From assembly GCA_963794325.1 (NCBI GenBank), contig CAWCDG010000004.1, positions 1,536,001-1,600,000 on the forward strand: 64,000 nucleotides of DNA, in the 5' to 3' direction. This document shows positions 39,448 to 50,696 of the stretch, in pieces; within the stretch, counting starts at the first letter, position 1, and every line of letters begins with the position of its first letter. The translations under genes and the position numbers were made by a program. The notes under the pieces are model-generated. The model did not search any database. It worked only from the letters and a program-made list of their open reading frames with translations, and was not told where the DNA came from. Origin of the DNA: an uncultured delta proteobacterium. Its GTDB lineage: Bacteria > Desulfobacterota > Binatia > Binatales > Binataceae.

Positions 39448-40752
39448 ATGGCGCGCACAATTTCGGGCCTCTCGGTCCGCGACATCCGAACTCCAACGTC
39501 CAGAACGCTGGCCGGCTCCGACGCCGTGCACACCGACCCCGACTATTCCGCAACGTATGTAGTTCTCACGACGGACGCGCACGACGGAATCGAAGGCCAC
39601 GGCATGACGTTCACACTCGGGCGCGGTAACGAAGTTGTCGTCGCCGCGGTCCGCGCATTGCAGCATCTGATCGTCGGATCGAAGTACGAGGACATCGTCG
39701 CCGACCTGGGAGGCTTCTGGCAGCGGCTCACTTTCGAGAGTCAGCTCAGGTGGATCGGTCCGGAGAAAGGCGCGATTCATCTCGCGACGGCGGCGATCGT
39801 GAATGCGGTCTGGGATCTCTACGCCAAAATCGAGCGCAAGCCGGTGTGGAAACTCGTCGCCGACATGACGCCCGAGCAGTTCGTCGCATGCATCGACTTC
39901 CGCTACCTGACCGACGCTCTCACTCGAGACGACGCGCTCAACATTCTGCGCGGCAAAGTTGCGACGCGTCGCGAACGCGAAGCGCAGATGCGCAAAGAGG
40001 GTTACCCGGCATACATCACGTCCGCAGGATGGATGGGTTATCCCGACGACAAAGTTCGCCGGCTATGCCGCGAGGCGCTCGCTGCCGGATGGACCCGTTT
40101 CAAAATAAAAGTCGGCCGCGACTCCGCGGCTAACGTGCATCGCGCGGAGCTGGTGCGCGAAGAAATCGGACCGCACGCCACGCTGATGATGGACGCGAAC
40201 CAGGCGTGGGACGTCGGCGAGGCAATCGAGTTGATGCGCCCGCTGGCGCGCTTCAATCCATTGTGGATCGAAGAGCCCACCAGCCCCGACGACGTGCTCG
40301 GTCACGCAACGATTCGGCGCGCGATCAAGCCGATAGGAGTCGCGACTGGCGAGCACGCCGCCAATCGCGTGATGTTCAAACAGCTCATGCAGGCTGAGGC
40401 GATCGACTTCTGCCAGTTCGACAATTGCCGCTTAGGCGGACTGAGCGAGGCGCTCGCGGTCCTGCTGCTCGCCGCGAAGTTCGGCGTGCCGGTCTGTCCG
40501 CACGCCGGCGGAATCGGACTCTGCGAATACGGCCAGCACGTTTCAATGATCGATTACATCTGCGTGAGCGGCAGCCTTTACAACCGGATGATCGAATTCG
40601 CCGATCATCTGCATGAACATTTCAAGGATCCGGTAGTCATTCGCGGCGACCGCTACATGCCGCCAACCGCGCCGGGCTTCAGCATCGAGATGCTCCCCGC
40701 GTCGCTCGCGGCGTTCGAGTTTCCCGATGGCGCCGAATGGAGAAAGAAATGA
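39448..40752 (+). CDS. L-fuconate dehydratase (enolase superfamily)
   Basis: GSDAVHTDPDYS, FTLGRGNE, LRWIGPEKG, KIKVG, MDANQ, WIEEPTSPDD, TGEH, CPHAGG; GAGGA RBS before ATG 39448. Confidence 0.9.
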   Translation: MARTISGLSVRDIRTPTSRTLAGSDAVHTDPDYSATYVVLTTDAHDGIEGHGMTFTLGRGNEVVVAAVRALQHLIVGSKYEDIVADLGGFWQRLTFESQLRWIGPEKGAIHLATAAIVNAVWDLYAKIERKPVWKLVADMTPEQFVACIDFRYLTDALTRDDALNILRGKVATRREREAQMRKEGYPAYITSAGWMGYPDDKVRRLCREALAAGWTRFKIKVGRDSAANVHRAELVREEIGPHATLMMDANQAWDVGEAIELMRPLARFNPLWIEEPTSPDDVLGHATIRRAIKPIGVATGEHAANRVMFKQLMQAEAIDFCQFDNCRLGGLSEALAVLLLAAKFGVPVCPHAGGIGLCEYGQHVSMIDYICVSGSLYNRMIEFADHLHEHFKDPVVIRGDRYMPPTAPGFSIEMLPASLAAFEFPDGAEWRKK

Positions 40753-41558
40753 AACACCAGATCAAATTGCCGTTGTTCGCGCTGCTCGCCGTGGCGATCG
40801 CAACGATCTTGCTGCCGCAATCGGCGGTCGCGGATGACTCTGGCACTGCGGCCGCGCTCCAGGCTGCGATCGCAGGACCGCAGCGTTCCGACGCGAACAA
40901 GGCTCGCGACAAATATCGGCATCCGCTCGAGACGCTAACGTTCTTCGGGATCAGGCCCGACATGACGGTGGTCGAGATCTCGCCCGGAACGGGTTGGTAC
41001 ACCGAGATTCTCGCGCCGTTTCTCAAAGACCACGGCAAGCTTTACGAAGCGGTCGGAGGAGGAGCGGGCGCGAAGACCTTCGAGGACAAACTCAAAGCCG
41101 ATCCAGCTGTTTACAGCCAGGTCATCGTCACTACATTGCAACCGCCGGCGCAAACCGAAATCGCGCCCGCGGGCACCGCTGACATGGTCCTGACGTTTCG
41201 CAACGTTCACGACTGGCTCCCGCGCGGCACGACGCAAGATTATTTCAAAGCCTTTTATCGAGCGCTGAAGCCCGGCGGCGTCCTGGGCATAACCGATCAT
41301 CGCGCCGATCCGTCGCAGCCGCAGGATCCGAAAGCAAAGAACGGATACGTGCGCCAGGACTATATGATCCAAATCGCGGAGCAGGCCGGTTTCAAGCTGG
41401 CGGGCACGTCGGAAATCAACGCGAATCCCAAGGACCCGCGCAATCAACCCGTGTGGAATCTGCCGCCAACGTTGCGCCAGAAAGATAAGGATCGCGACAA
41501 GTACCTGGCAATCGGCGAAAGCGACCGCATGACGCTCAAGTTCATCAAGCCGAATTGA
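40749..41558 (+). CDS. Secreted class I SAM-dependent methyltransferase-like protein
   Basis: Signal peptide; RDKYRHPLETLTFFG, VVEISPGTGWYT, TFRNVHDW, IGESDRMTLKF; ATGA overlap with the dehydratase. Confidence 0.8.
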   Translation: MKHQIKLPLFALLAVAIATILLPQSAVADDSGTAAALQAAIAGPQRSDANKARDKYRHPLETLTFFGIRPDMTVVEISPGTGWYTEILAPFLKDHGKLYEAVGGGAGAKTFEDKLKADPAVYSQVIVTTLQPPAQTEIAPAGTADMVLTFRNVHDWLPRGTTQDYFKAFYRALKPGGVLGITDHRADPSQPQDPKAKNGYVRQDYMIQIAEQAGFKLAGTSEINANPKDPRNQPVWNLPPTLRQKDKDRDKYLAIGESDRMTLKFIKPN

Positions 41559-41579
41559 AAAAGTGGATTCGCGCGCGCG

Positions 41580-41912
41580 TCAGAGCGTGAAGACCAGCTT
41601 CATCTCGGCCCACCATTCGCCGGGCTGGGCGCCGGGGAGCGGCTCCTGCATCGAGGCCATCAGCGCTTGCCATTCGCGGTTGCGCGGATTGATCGCCTCG
41701 TAGCGCGCGAAGTCGCGCTCGGGATCGAATTCGTCGGTCGTCTCCATGAACATGAAGAGCTGGCGGCCCAGCATGAAGATCAACATCCGCTCGATGCCGA
41801 TGGATTTGAGGCCACTCTCGACTTCCGGCCAAATTGCGCGATGGTGCTCGAGGTAGCGCTCGATGATCAGCGGGTCGTTCTTCAGGTTGATGGTGCGGCC
41901 GTACTGCTTCAT
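41580..41912 (-). CDS. L-rhamnose/L-fucose mutarotase family protein
   Basis: LKNDP..IERY..HH..IWPEV...GI..M.IF...W...M...Q...W.EM..VF.L pattern; start at 41912 coupled to the SDR stop. Confidence 0.85.
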   Translation of the reverse strand: MKQYGRTINLKNDPLIIERYLEHHRAIWPEVESGLKSIGIERMLIFMLGRQLFMFMETTDEFDPERDFARYEAINPRNREWQALMASMQEPLPGAQPGEWWAEMKLVFTL

Positions 41913-42688
41913 CAGAATGCGAGCACGCCGCCGTCGATTGGATACGCCTGGCCGGTGATGAACGAGGCCTCGTCCGAGCACAGGTAGAGCGCGAGCGCCG
42001 CGACTTCCCCGGGCGTGCCCATCCGGCCGAGCGGTTGATACTCCGAGAGCTGTTTGAACATCTCGGCCTCGCGTCCCGGATAAGTCGTGCGCAGGTATCC
42101 GTCGACGAACGGCGTGTGAACGCGCGCGGGGCAGATGCAGTTGCATCGGATACCGCGCTTGACGTAGTCAACCGCGATCGAACGCGTCATCGTCAGCACC
42201 GCGCCCTTGCTCATCGAGTATGCGAAGCGATCGGTGAGTCCGATCAGCGACGCGATCGACGCGAGGTTAAGAATCACACCGCCGCCGCTCGCGAGCATCC
42301 GCCGCACTGCCGCGCGCGAACAAAGAAATATGCCCTTCACGTTGACCGAATAGATCCGGTCAAGGTCTTCCTCGGAGGTGTTCTCGACGGTCCCGATGTG
42401 CGCGATACCGGCATTGTTCACGAGTATGTCGGTACGTAACGCGTTCTTATCAGCATCGATGCGAGCGAAGGCGGCTTCCACCGAATCGGCGATCGCAACG
42501 TCGCATTCGAGCGCCGACGCTGTGCCGCCCGCTGCGCGAATCTTCTCGACCGCGGCGGTAGCCGCATTGAGATCGCGATCGAGCGCGAAGACATGCGCAC
42601 CGTTTTGTGCAAACGTCGATGCGATCGCCAAGCCGATCCCCGAGCCTGCGCCCGTGACAACTGCTGATTTTCCATCAAGCCGAAACAC
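41912..42688 (-). CDS. SDR oxidoreductase, probable 2-keto-3-deoxy-L-fuconate dehydrogenase-like
   Basis: TGAGSGIG, NNAG, DRFAYSMSKGAV, CNCICPARVHTPFV; fucose-catabolic context. Confidence 0.8.
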   Translation of the reverse strand: MFRLDGKSAVVTGAGSGIGLAIASTFAQNGAHVFALDRDLNAATAAVEKIRAAGGTASALECDVAIADSVEAAFARIDADKNALRTDILVNNAGIAHIGTVENTSEEDLDRIYSVNVKGIFLCSRAAVRRMLASGGGVILNLASIASLIGLTDRFAYSMSKGAVLTMTRSIAVDYVKRGIRCNCICPARVHTPFVDGYLRTTYPGREAEMFKQLSEYQPLGRMGTPGEVAALALYLCSDEASFITGQAYPIDGGVLAF

Positions 42689-42733
42689 GCGAGAACAGTA
42701 AAACAGGCGGGCGCCACATGACAACCGGGCCGG

Positions 42734-43540
42734 TCAGTCCGCTTCGGGTTCTCGCAGCACGCGGTTGATCCGAGCCATCAGCTCACCCGAGTTGAAGGGC
42801 TTGGTGACGTAGTCGTCGGCCCCGAGCGAGAAGGCCTTGATCACTTCAGCTTCATCGCGATGCGCGCTGACCAGGATTATCGGCGTGCTCCTGGTCGCTA
42901 CGTCGCCGCGCAGTGCGGTCAGCGCTTCGAATCCATTCATATGCGGCATAGCTACATCGAGCAGCACAAGGTCGGGCCTCTTAAGGCGTGCGATTTCGAG
43001 CGCTTCCGCACCGTCGTGCGCGATTTCGCATTCGAAATGGAAGTGCTTCAGGATGGTTGAGATCATAACGATAGTGGTGGCGTCGTCATCGGCGAGAACT
43101 ACGCGCCGGGCGCTGCTGCGAGCCGAGAGTTGAAGCGCAACTTCAGCGCTGTCGGCAAATCTAAGGATGCGGTATGCCCTGAACACGAAGTCTTCGGGAC
43201 TACACGGCCGCAAAATGAATTCCCGGTTGAGGTCAGCGACGGCGGCGAAGCGCGTCATCAGATCGTCGAAGGAGCCGATGATGATCGCCGGCTTGCGGCT
43301 GCGCGCGATCATTTCGATCGGCGGCGGCTGATCGCCGATACCGCCAGCGGAAGCATTGATAAAGCAAGCATCGAAGTGCGAGAGGGAGTTGAGCCCGGGG
43401 ATATTCGGTTCGGCTCCAATCATGTGGCCGATTCCACGGACAGTCCCGAGCGCCGCGATGATCGAATCTGCTTCGGACTGATCGAATCCCATCAACGCGA
43501 ATCGCTTGCCTACTAAAGACTGTTGAATGAGCTGGTCCAT
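42734..43540 (-). CDS. Response regulator: degenerate N-terminal REC-like domain plus C-terminal REC, no output domain
   Basis: VVLADDD, LLDVAMP.MNG, GADDYVTKPF; AAGGAG RBS upstream of ATG 43540. Confidence 0.85.
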   Translation of the reverse strand: MDQLIQQSLVGKRFALMGFDQSEADSIIAALGTVRGIGHMIGAEPNIPGLNSLSHFDACFINASAGGIGDQPPPIEMIARSRKPAIIIGSFDDLMTRFAAVADLNREFILRPCSPEDFVFRAYRILRFADSAEVALQLSARSSARRVVLADDDATTIVMISTILKHFHFECEIAHDGAEALEIARLKRPDLVLLDVAMPHMNGFEALTALRGDVATRSTPIILVSAHRDEAEVIKAFSLGADDYVTKPFNSGELMARINRVLREPEAD

Positions 43541-43625
43541 TGGGGACGCAGTCCTCCTTGCTTGCCAATGCCGGAACAGGATCGATTCGCCGGGTCCATC
43601 GCGGTCGATTGGTCCCGTGGTATTA

Positions 43626-43641
43626 GGCAAGGTCTGTGCCT
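43626..43641 (-). promoter_or_regulatory. Putative sigma54 (-24/-12) promoter
   Basis: Minus strand AGGCACAGACCTTGCC: GG-N10-GC with GGCAC and TTGC boxes, ~85 nt upstream of the response regulator. Confidence 0.55.
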
Positions 43642-43797
43642 TGCGGCCTTGACGGCAAAGCGCCAATTAAGGAGTGCGAGCAGATAGACCGCAATATCAG
43701 ACTCAAGGGTTGATCGAATTGAGACATACAACGTCGCTCTTTGGGACATTCTGCTCGCCTTGACACTGCGGGTCCCGGTGCGCGAAACGGATGCATC

Positions 43798-44538
43798 ATG
43801 AGCGAGAGGACCAGCGGATACACCCCTGCCGCATTGTGGCGAAGGCTGGGGTTGGCGCGCCACAACTGGCCGGGCAGGTTTACCGTTCTGCTCATGACGA
43901 TTATGCTGCTGCTCGTCACGCAGCCGATTTTCTCGGGCCACGCCTTTGCGGAGAATATTGCGACCGCGATGATCTCCTTCGTGCTGCTGGCTGCTCTTTA
44001 TGCGTTCCGCTCGACCAGGGGGTTTTTCGTCTTCAACCTGGTGCTGCTGGTTCCTTCGATCGGAGGCCGGCTGGCGCTGTTGTTCACGCCGAGCCCAACC
44101 GTCGAGGTGGTCAGCGCAATCTCTTCGTGCATGTTTTTGGCGGTGACAGTTATCGCACTGGTTTCCCGGCTATTCACAGTGAGAAGTGTTACGCTCGACA
44201 CGATCAGCGCCGGGATTTGCGCCTACTTGCTGATGGGCGTCGCGTTCGCGTATTCCTTCGCAGTCGTCGAACTGCAAAATCCACGTTCGTTCAGCGAGAC
44301 ACTTCTGCAAAGGCCCTTAGGCAATGGCGCGCCGCTGATCGCGTCGCTTCACAGCTTCATCTACTACAGCTTCGTGTGCCTGACGACGACCGGCTTCGGC
44401 GATATCTCGCCAGTCTCGGGAGGCGCCCGCAGCTTGTCGGTCATGGAATCAGTATTCGGCCAGTTGTATGTGGCGATTCTGATTGCGCGGCTGGTCAGCC
44501 TTGAGGTTGCGCAATCGATGATGAAGGAGCGGGAATAA
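43798..44538 (+). CDS. Potassium channel family membrane protein (Ion_trans_2)
   Basis: Multiple TM segments; pore helix and filter [17 protein letters not shown]. Confidence 0.85.
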   Translation: MSERTSGYTPAALWRRLGLARHNWPGRFTVLLMTIMLLLVTQPIFSGHAFAENIATAMISFVLLAALYAFRSTRGFFVFNLVLLVPSIGGRLALLFTPSPTVEVVSAISSCMFLAVTVIALVSRLFTVRSVTLDTISAGICAYLLMGVAFAYSFAVVELQNPRSFSETLLQRPLGNGAPLIASLHSFIYYSFVCLTTTGFGDISPVSGGARSLSVMESVFGQLYVAILIARLVSLEVAQSMMKERE

Positions 44539-44539
44539 G

Positions 44540-44995
44540 ATGTCCGGATTATATTTTGAGGAATTCGAAGTTGGCCATGTATTCAAGCATGCGATCACGC
44601 GAACGATCACGGAAACTGACAACCTGATCTTCTGCGCGCTCACGCACAATCCGCAGCCGCTCCATCTCGACGCGGAATTCGCCAAAGGCACAGAGTTTGG
44701 CCAGCGCATCGTGAACAGCATCTTCACACTGGGACTGATGATCGGAGTGTCGGTCGGAGATACGACGCTCGGTACCACGATCGCGAACCTGGGCATGGCC
44801 GATACGCGCTTTGCGCATCCCGTGTTCATCGGCGATACGCTGCGCGCCGAGACGACGGTCGCCGAGAAGCGCGAGAGTCGATCGCGGCCTGATTCGGGGA
44901 TCGTGGTGTTCGACCATCGATGCTTCAACCAGCGCGCGGAGGAAGTGGCGTACTGCAAGCGGTCGGCGCTGATGCGCAAGAGGCCGGCGTCATGA
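44540..44995 (+). CDS. MaoC family dehydratase
   Basis: [34 protein letters not shown]. Confidence 0.9.
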   Translation: MSGLYFEEFEVGHVFKHAITRTITETDNLIFCALTHNPQPLHLDAEFAKGTEFGQRIVNSIFTLGLMIGVSVGDTTLGTTIANLGMADTRFAHPVFIGDTLRAETTVAEKRESRSRPDSGIVVFDHRCFNQRAEEVAYCKRSALMRKRPAS

Positions 44996-45870
44996 TTCTT
45001 CGCTCGCTGCTGTTCGTGCCGGGCGACAGCGAACGCAAGCTCGCGAAGTCGGAGTCCTCGCACGCCGACGCACTGGTGCTCGATCTCGAAGACGCGGTCG
45101 CGGCGGATCGCACCGAGATCGCACGCACGATGGTGCAGGAGTATCTGCGGGCGCATCGCGATCGCGCGAAGACTCAACTGTGGGTGCGCATCAATCCGCT
45201 GTCGACGACAAAGGCGATACTCGATCTGGCCGAGATCGTCGCCGGCGCGCCCGACGGAATCCTGCTTCCGAAGGTTACCTCAGCCAACGATGTCGTGATG
45301 CTCGATCACTTCCTGTCCGCTCTGGAAGCACGCGAAGGGATCAAGGAGGGATCGATCGCGATCATTCCAGTGGCCACCGAGACGCCGGCGGCGATGTTTG
45401 CGCTGGGCGGTTTCGCCGGATGCAGCCCGCGGCTGGCCGGCATGACGTGGGGTGCTGAAGACCTCGCGGCGGCGGTGGGCGCGACGACCAATCGCGACGC
45501 ATCGGGCAATCTGGATTTCACTTATCAACTCGCGCGCTCGCTCTGCCTGCTGGCGGCGGTGGCTGCCGACGTCCAGCCGATCGACACGGTGTCGGTAAAC
45601 TTCAAGGACGCCAGTGCGCTCAAGCAGGAATCGGAGAACGCGCGGCGCGCGGGCTTTACCGGCAAGATTGCGATTCATCCGGACCAGGTTGAGGTTATCA
45701 ACGATGCGTTCACTCCTTCGCCTGAAGATGTTGCCTATGCGAATCGGGTGATTGAAGCATTCGCGTCGGGCGCGGGCACCGTCGCGCTCGACGGGAAGAT
45801 GCTCGACATGCCTCATCTGAAACAGGCGCGCCGGATTCTCGGGCTCGCCGCATCGCTGCGTTCGCGGTAG
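44992..45870 (+). CDS. CitE/HpcH family acyl-CoA lyase
   Basis: [47 protein letters not shown]. Confidence 0.9.
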   Translation: MILRSLLFVPGDSERKLAKSESSHADALVLDLEDAVAADRTEIARTMVQEYLRAHRDRAKTQLWVRINPLSTTKAILDLAEIVAGAPDGILLPKVTSANDVVMLDHFLSALEAREGIKEGSIAIIPVATETPAAMFALGGFAGCSPRLAGMTWGAEDLAAAVGATTNRDASGNLDFTYQLARSLCLLAAVAADVQPIDTVSVNFKDASALKQESENARRAGFTGKIAIHPDQVEVINDAFTPSPEDVAYANRVIEAFASGAGTVALDGKMLDMPHLKQARRILGLAASLRSR

Positions 45871-45902
45871 CGCTTCGAGGATAAAGATTGTGGCGAAAGC
45901 AG

Positions 45903-47490
<1,588 letters not shown>

Positions 47491-47510
<20 letters not shown>

Positions 47511-47844
47511 GAATTTCCCGCTGGCACTGCTGTGGAAGTTGCAGGAAGAGGGATATCAGGCTGACCACATCATCCTACTCGGCCTGCGCGGCGCGACCGA
47601 TCGTGCAATCGTCGATCGGCTGAAGTCCGAGGATCATCTTTTACTGACTAACGATCAGGAGTTTCTCGACCGGTCTTTCACTCACTCTCGCGTCATAGTG
47701 TCGCGCGTAACCCAAAGTCAGCCGATTGAGGTACGCGTCGAGGCGTGGCTCAATGCAATTCGCGAGTACTTCTCTCGCACTTGGCGCCAGAGACAGTTCG
47801 AGGTATTCGACGACGGAAAGCTGAGCCCTTGGCAAAAGCCCTGA
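47491..47844 (+). CDS. DUF5615 family PIN-like toxin
   Basis: MRILLDENFP...G..D..I...LLTNDQEF; overlaps the DUF433 gene. Confidence 0.85.
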
Positions 47845-47845
47845 T

Positions 47846-48535
47846 CTAGCGGCGCTCGAATTGCTTGATGCCGTACAGGATTGAGCGGGCTTGGTCGTCT
47901 AGCGGCTCTGGTGGAAGGTCGGCCATTACGGCGACGCCGCGTTTTACGGCGGGGCGATCACCGATTGCGTCGAGCCATCGCTTGAAGTTGGGGCGGCTTT
48001 CCAACTGCTCGGGTTCGCGGCGCGTTCCTACTACCCATGGATAGGTGGCCATGTCGGCGATCGAGTAGTCGCCTGCCAGGTATGGCGTCTCGGCGAGGCG
48101 ATTTTCGATTACGTTGAGGAGGCGGCGCGATTCATTGGTGTAGCGATCGATCGCGTACGGAATCTTTTCAGGAGCGGCGCGCAGAAAGTGTCCGCGTTGG
48201 CCGAACATCGGACCGACGCCAGCCATCTGGAACATCAGCCATTGTATGACGTTGTAACGCGCGCGGGTCTCCGAGGGCATGAACTTGCCGGTCTTCTCGG
48301 CCAGGTAGAGCAGGATCGCCCCGGACTCGAACAGCGCCAGAGGCTTACCGCCCGGGCCGTCGTGGTCGATGATCGCGGGCATCCGGTTGTTCGGGCTGAA
48401 CTTCAGGAACTCGGGGGCGAACTGCTCGCCCTTGCGGATATTGACGGGGACGATTTTGTATTCGAGGCCGGCCTCCTCGAGAAAAATCGTTACCTTGTGC
48501 CCGTTCGGCGTCGGCCAGTAGTAGAGATCGATCAT
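47846..48535 (-). CDS. Glutathione S-transferase, YfcG/YghU-like
   Basis: MIDLYYWPTPNGHK, PNNRMPAI, FESGAILLYLAEK, QMAGVGPM, YSIADMA. Confidence 0.9.
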   Translation of the reverse strand: MIDLYYWPTPNGHKVTIFLEEAGLEYKIVPVNIRKGEQFAPEFLKFSPNNRMPAIIDHDGPGGKPLALFESGAILLYLAEKTGKFMPSETRARYNVIQWLMFQMAGVGPMFGQRGHFLRAAPEKIPYAIDRYTNESRRLLNVIENRLAETPYLAGDYSIADMATYPWVVGTRREPEQLESRPNFKRWLDAIGDRPAVKRGVAVMADLPPEPLDDQARSILYGIKQFERR

Positions 48536-48564
48536 GTGGGTCTCCTTCGAATCAAATGCACCTG

Positions 48565-49398
48565 TTATTGCGGAATCCAGATGGGGGCGCTGCTGAATAG
48601 ATGATCGACGATACCAATCTGGTAGGCGAGGAACAGGCCGAAACCGAAACTTAAGAGGCCCGAACCGGTCACCAGGCCTTGACGGATCCATGACGCTTGC
48701 GTTGACGCGATCATGAATGGTGTCGCGATTGCGGTCGTGATGAGGCCCATCCCGATCACAGTGCCGGCGCAAAAAATCGCCAGGTAGATCGTCGCCCACA
48801 TCGGATTGGGAATCGCGCTCAGGACCAACAATGCGATCGCGGCGCTGCCGGCGAGTCCGTGCACGAGTCCAACTGCGAATGATCTCAGCAGCGGGCGTCG
48901 CGCAGCGAACGTCGGCAGTGCGTCGGCCGGAATGCGATGGTCGTGATGGGTCGCGTCGCCGGCATCTTCGTGATCGCGAACGTGAACGTGTGGATGTGCG
49001 TGCGTCGCGCCGTCGTGAGTATGTGCGTGCGCGTGGACGAGGAGTTCGTCGGGCTGCGGCGACGCGCCGCGGATTCGATGTGCGCCTTTTCGAACCAGGC
49101 TCGCGGCCGCGCCGACGCCAAGCAGAATCAGCACGACTGCCACGGCGAATTCCATCGCGAGTCCGAGGCGTGCCGGTATCGCGATTTTGAAAACGATGAT
49201 CGCGGCGCCGACCATCAGCACTGTGATCGTATGACCGAACCCCCAGATGACACCGATGCGGGCGGCGACCGCGAGGCGGCGCTCGCGGCTTAAGATGGTG
49301 GTGATCGCAATCACGTGATCGGGATCGGTGGCGTGGCGCATTCCGAGCAGCAATCCCAGGAGTGCGATTGCGAGAGGTGCAGCGTTGGCAGGAATCAT
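48565..49398 (-). CDS. High-affinity nickel/cobalt transporter (NiCoT/UreH-like)
   Basis: LGMRHATDPDHVIAI, WGFGHT, His-rich loop HAHAHTHD..THAHPHVH, GLVHGLAGS. Confidence 0.88.
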   Translation of the reverse strand: MIPANAAPLAIALLGLLLGMRHATDPDHVIAITTILSRERRLAVAARIGVIWGFGHTITVLMVGAAIIVFKIAIPARLGLAMEFAVAVVLILLGVGAAASLVRKGAHRIRGASPQPDELLVHAHAHTHDGATHAHPHVHVRDHEDAGDATHHDHRIPADALPTFAARRPLLRSFAVGLVHGLAGSAAIALLVLSAIPNPMWATIYLAIFCAGTVIGMGLITTAIATPFMIASTQASWIRQGLVTGSGLLSFGFGLFLAYQIGIVDHLFSSAPIWIPQ

Positions 49399-49518
49399 CA
49401 GGTATCGCTCCTCAAGCGACTCGGAATCGACAGTACACCCAATTTTTTTCTGAGAGAAAGGCGATCGGAACGCGATCGGCGCTTGACTCCGAAAAACCGT
49501 TCGGCAAGAGATCCATCG

Positions 49519-50658
49519 ATGAGCAACAATATTGAGCCTTTCAAAATCGCGGTGACGGATGCGCAACTCGACGACTTGAAGCGGCGGCTGCGCGAGACCC
49601 GATGGCCCGAGCGCGAGTGCGTCGATGACTGGTCGCAGGGGCTGCCGCTCGCGTATGCGCAGGAAGTCGCGCGCTACTGGCTCGAGAAGTACGACTGGCG
49701 CGCGCGCGAGGCTCGGCTCAACCGGTTCGCGCAATTCAAGACGACGATCGACGGGCTCGGGATTCATTTCATTCATGTGCGATCGCCGCACGCCGACGCA
49801 CTCCCACTCGTGATGACGCATGGGTGGCCGGGGTCGATCGTCGAGTTCCAAAAGGTGATCGAGCCGCTGACGAATCCGACGGCCCATGGCGGCGAGGCGT
49901 CGGATGCGTTTCACGTCGTTTGTCCGTCGCTTCCGGGGTACGGGTTCTCGGACAAGCCGGCCCGCAACGGCTGGGATGTTCAGCGAATCGCGCGGGCATG
50001 GTCGGAGTTGATGCCGCGGCTTGGCTACAAGAGATACGCGGCGCAGGGCGGCGATTGGGGATCGATCGTAACGACCTGCATCGGAATCCAGGACGCTGCG
50101 AATTGTGTCGGGATTCATCTCAACATGCCGATCGCGATGCCCGATCCGGCGACGATGAACGATCTCGCCGAAAACGAAAAATCGGCGATCGCGGGCATGC
50201 AGCATTATAATGATTGGGACTCGGGCTACTCGAAGCAGCAGAGCACGCGGCCGCAGACGGTCAGCTACGGGCTCACCGATTCACCGGTCGGGCAACTTAC
50301 CTGGATTCTGGAAAAGTTCTGGTCGTGGACGGACTGCGACGGCCATCCGGAGAGCGTACTGACGCGCGACGAATTGCTCGACAACGTGATGCTGTACTGG
50401 CTACCGGCCAATGCGGCCTCGTCGGCGCGGCTGTACTGGGAAAGTTTTCGCCGGACGCTGACGAATCCGGTGACGGTGCCGGTCGGCTGCTCGATTTTTC
50501 CGAAAGAAATATTCCGCACGTCGAAGCGATGGGCCGAGAAGAGATTTGCGAAGCTCGTGTATTTCAACGAACTGAGCAAGGGCGGCCACTTCGCCGCCTT
50601 CGAACAGCCCGAAACATTCGTGAAAGAGGTGCGCAATTGTTTCAGGCTGATGCGATAG
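49519..50658 (+). CDS. Epoxide hydrolase (EHN + alpha/beta hydrolase)
   Basis: LDDLKRRL..TRWP, HGWPGS, SLPGYGFS, QGGDWG, GGHFAAFEQP. Confidence 0.92.
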   Translation: MSNNIEPFKIAVTDAQLDDLKRRLRETRWPERECVDDWSQGLPLAYAQEVARYWLEKYDWRAREARLNRFAQFKTTIDGLGIHFIHVRSPHADALPLVMTHGWPGSIVEFQKVIEPLTNPTAHGGEASDAFHVVCPSLPGYGFSDKPARNGWDVQRIARAWSELMPRLGYKRYAAQGGDWGSIVTTCIGIQDAANCVGIHLNMPIAMPDPATMNDLAENEKSAIAGMQHYNDWDSGYSKQQSTRPQTVSYGLTDSPVGQLTWILEKFWSWTDCDGHPESVLTRDELLDNVMLYWLPANAASSARLYWESFRRTLTNPVTVPVGCSIFPKEIFRTSKRWAEKRFAKLVYFNELSKGGHFAAFEQPETFVKEVRNCFRLMR

Positions 50659-50696
50659 AGCAGCGGCTCTGACCTGCCGTTCGAGTTCGGCGCCGG

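Noticed and set aside
42554-42561. GGCGGTAG ops-like octamer
   Set aside because: Lies antisense within the SDR gene, far from the glycan operon leader.
49399-50205. N-terminal extension of the NiCoT ORF
   Set aside because: Antisense to the epoxide hydrolase; the transporter motifs begin after ATG 49398. No recognisable cobalamin riboswitch in the 120-nt gap.
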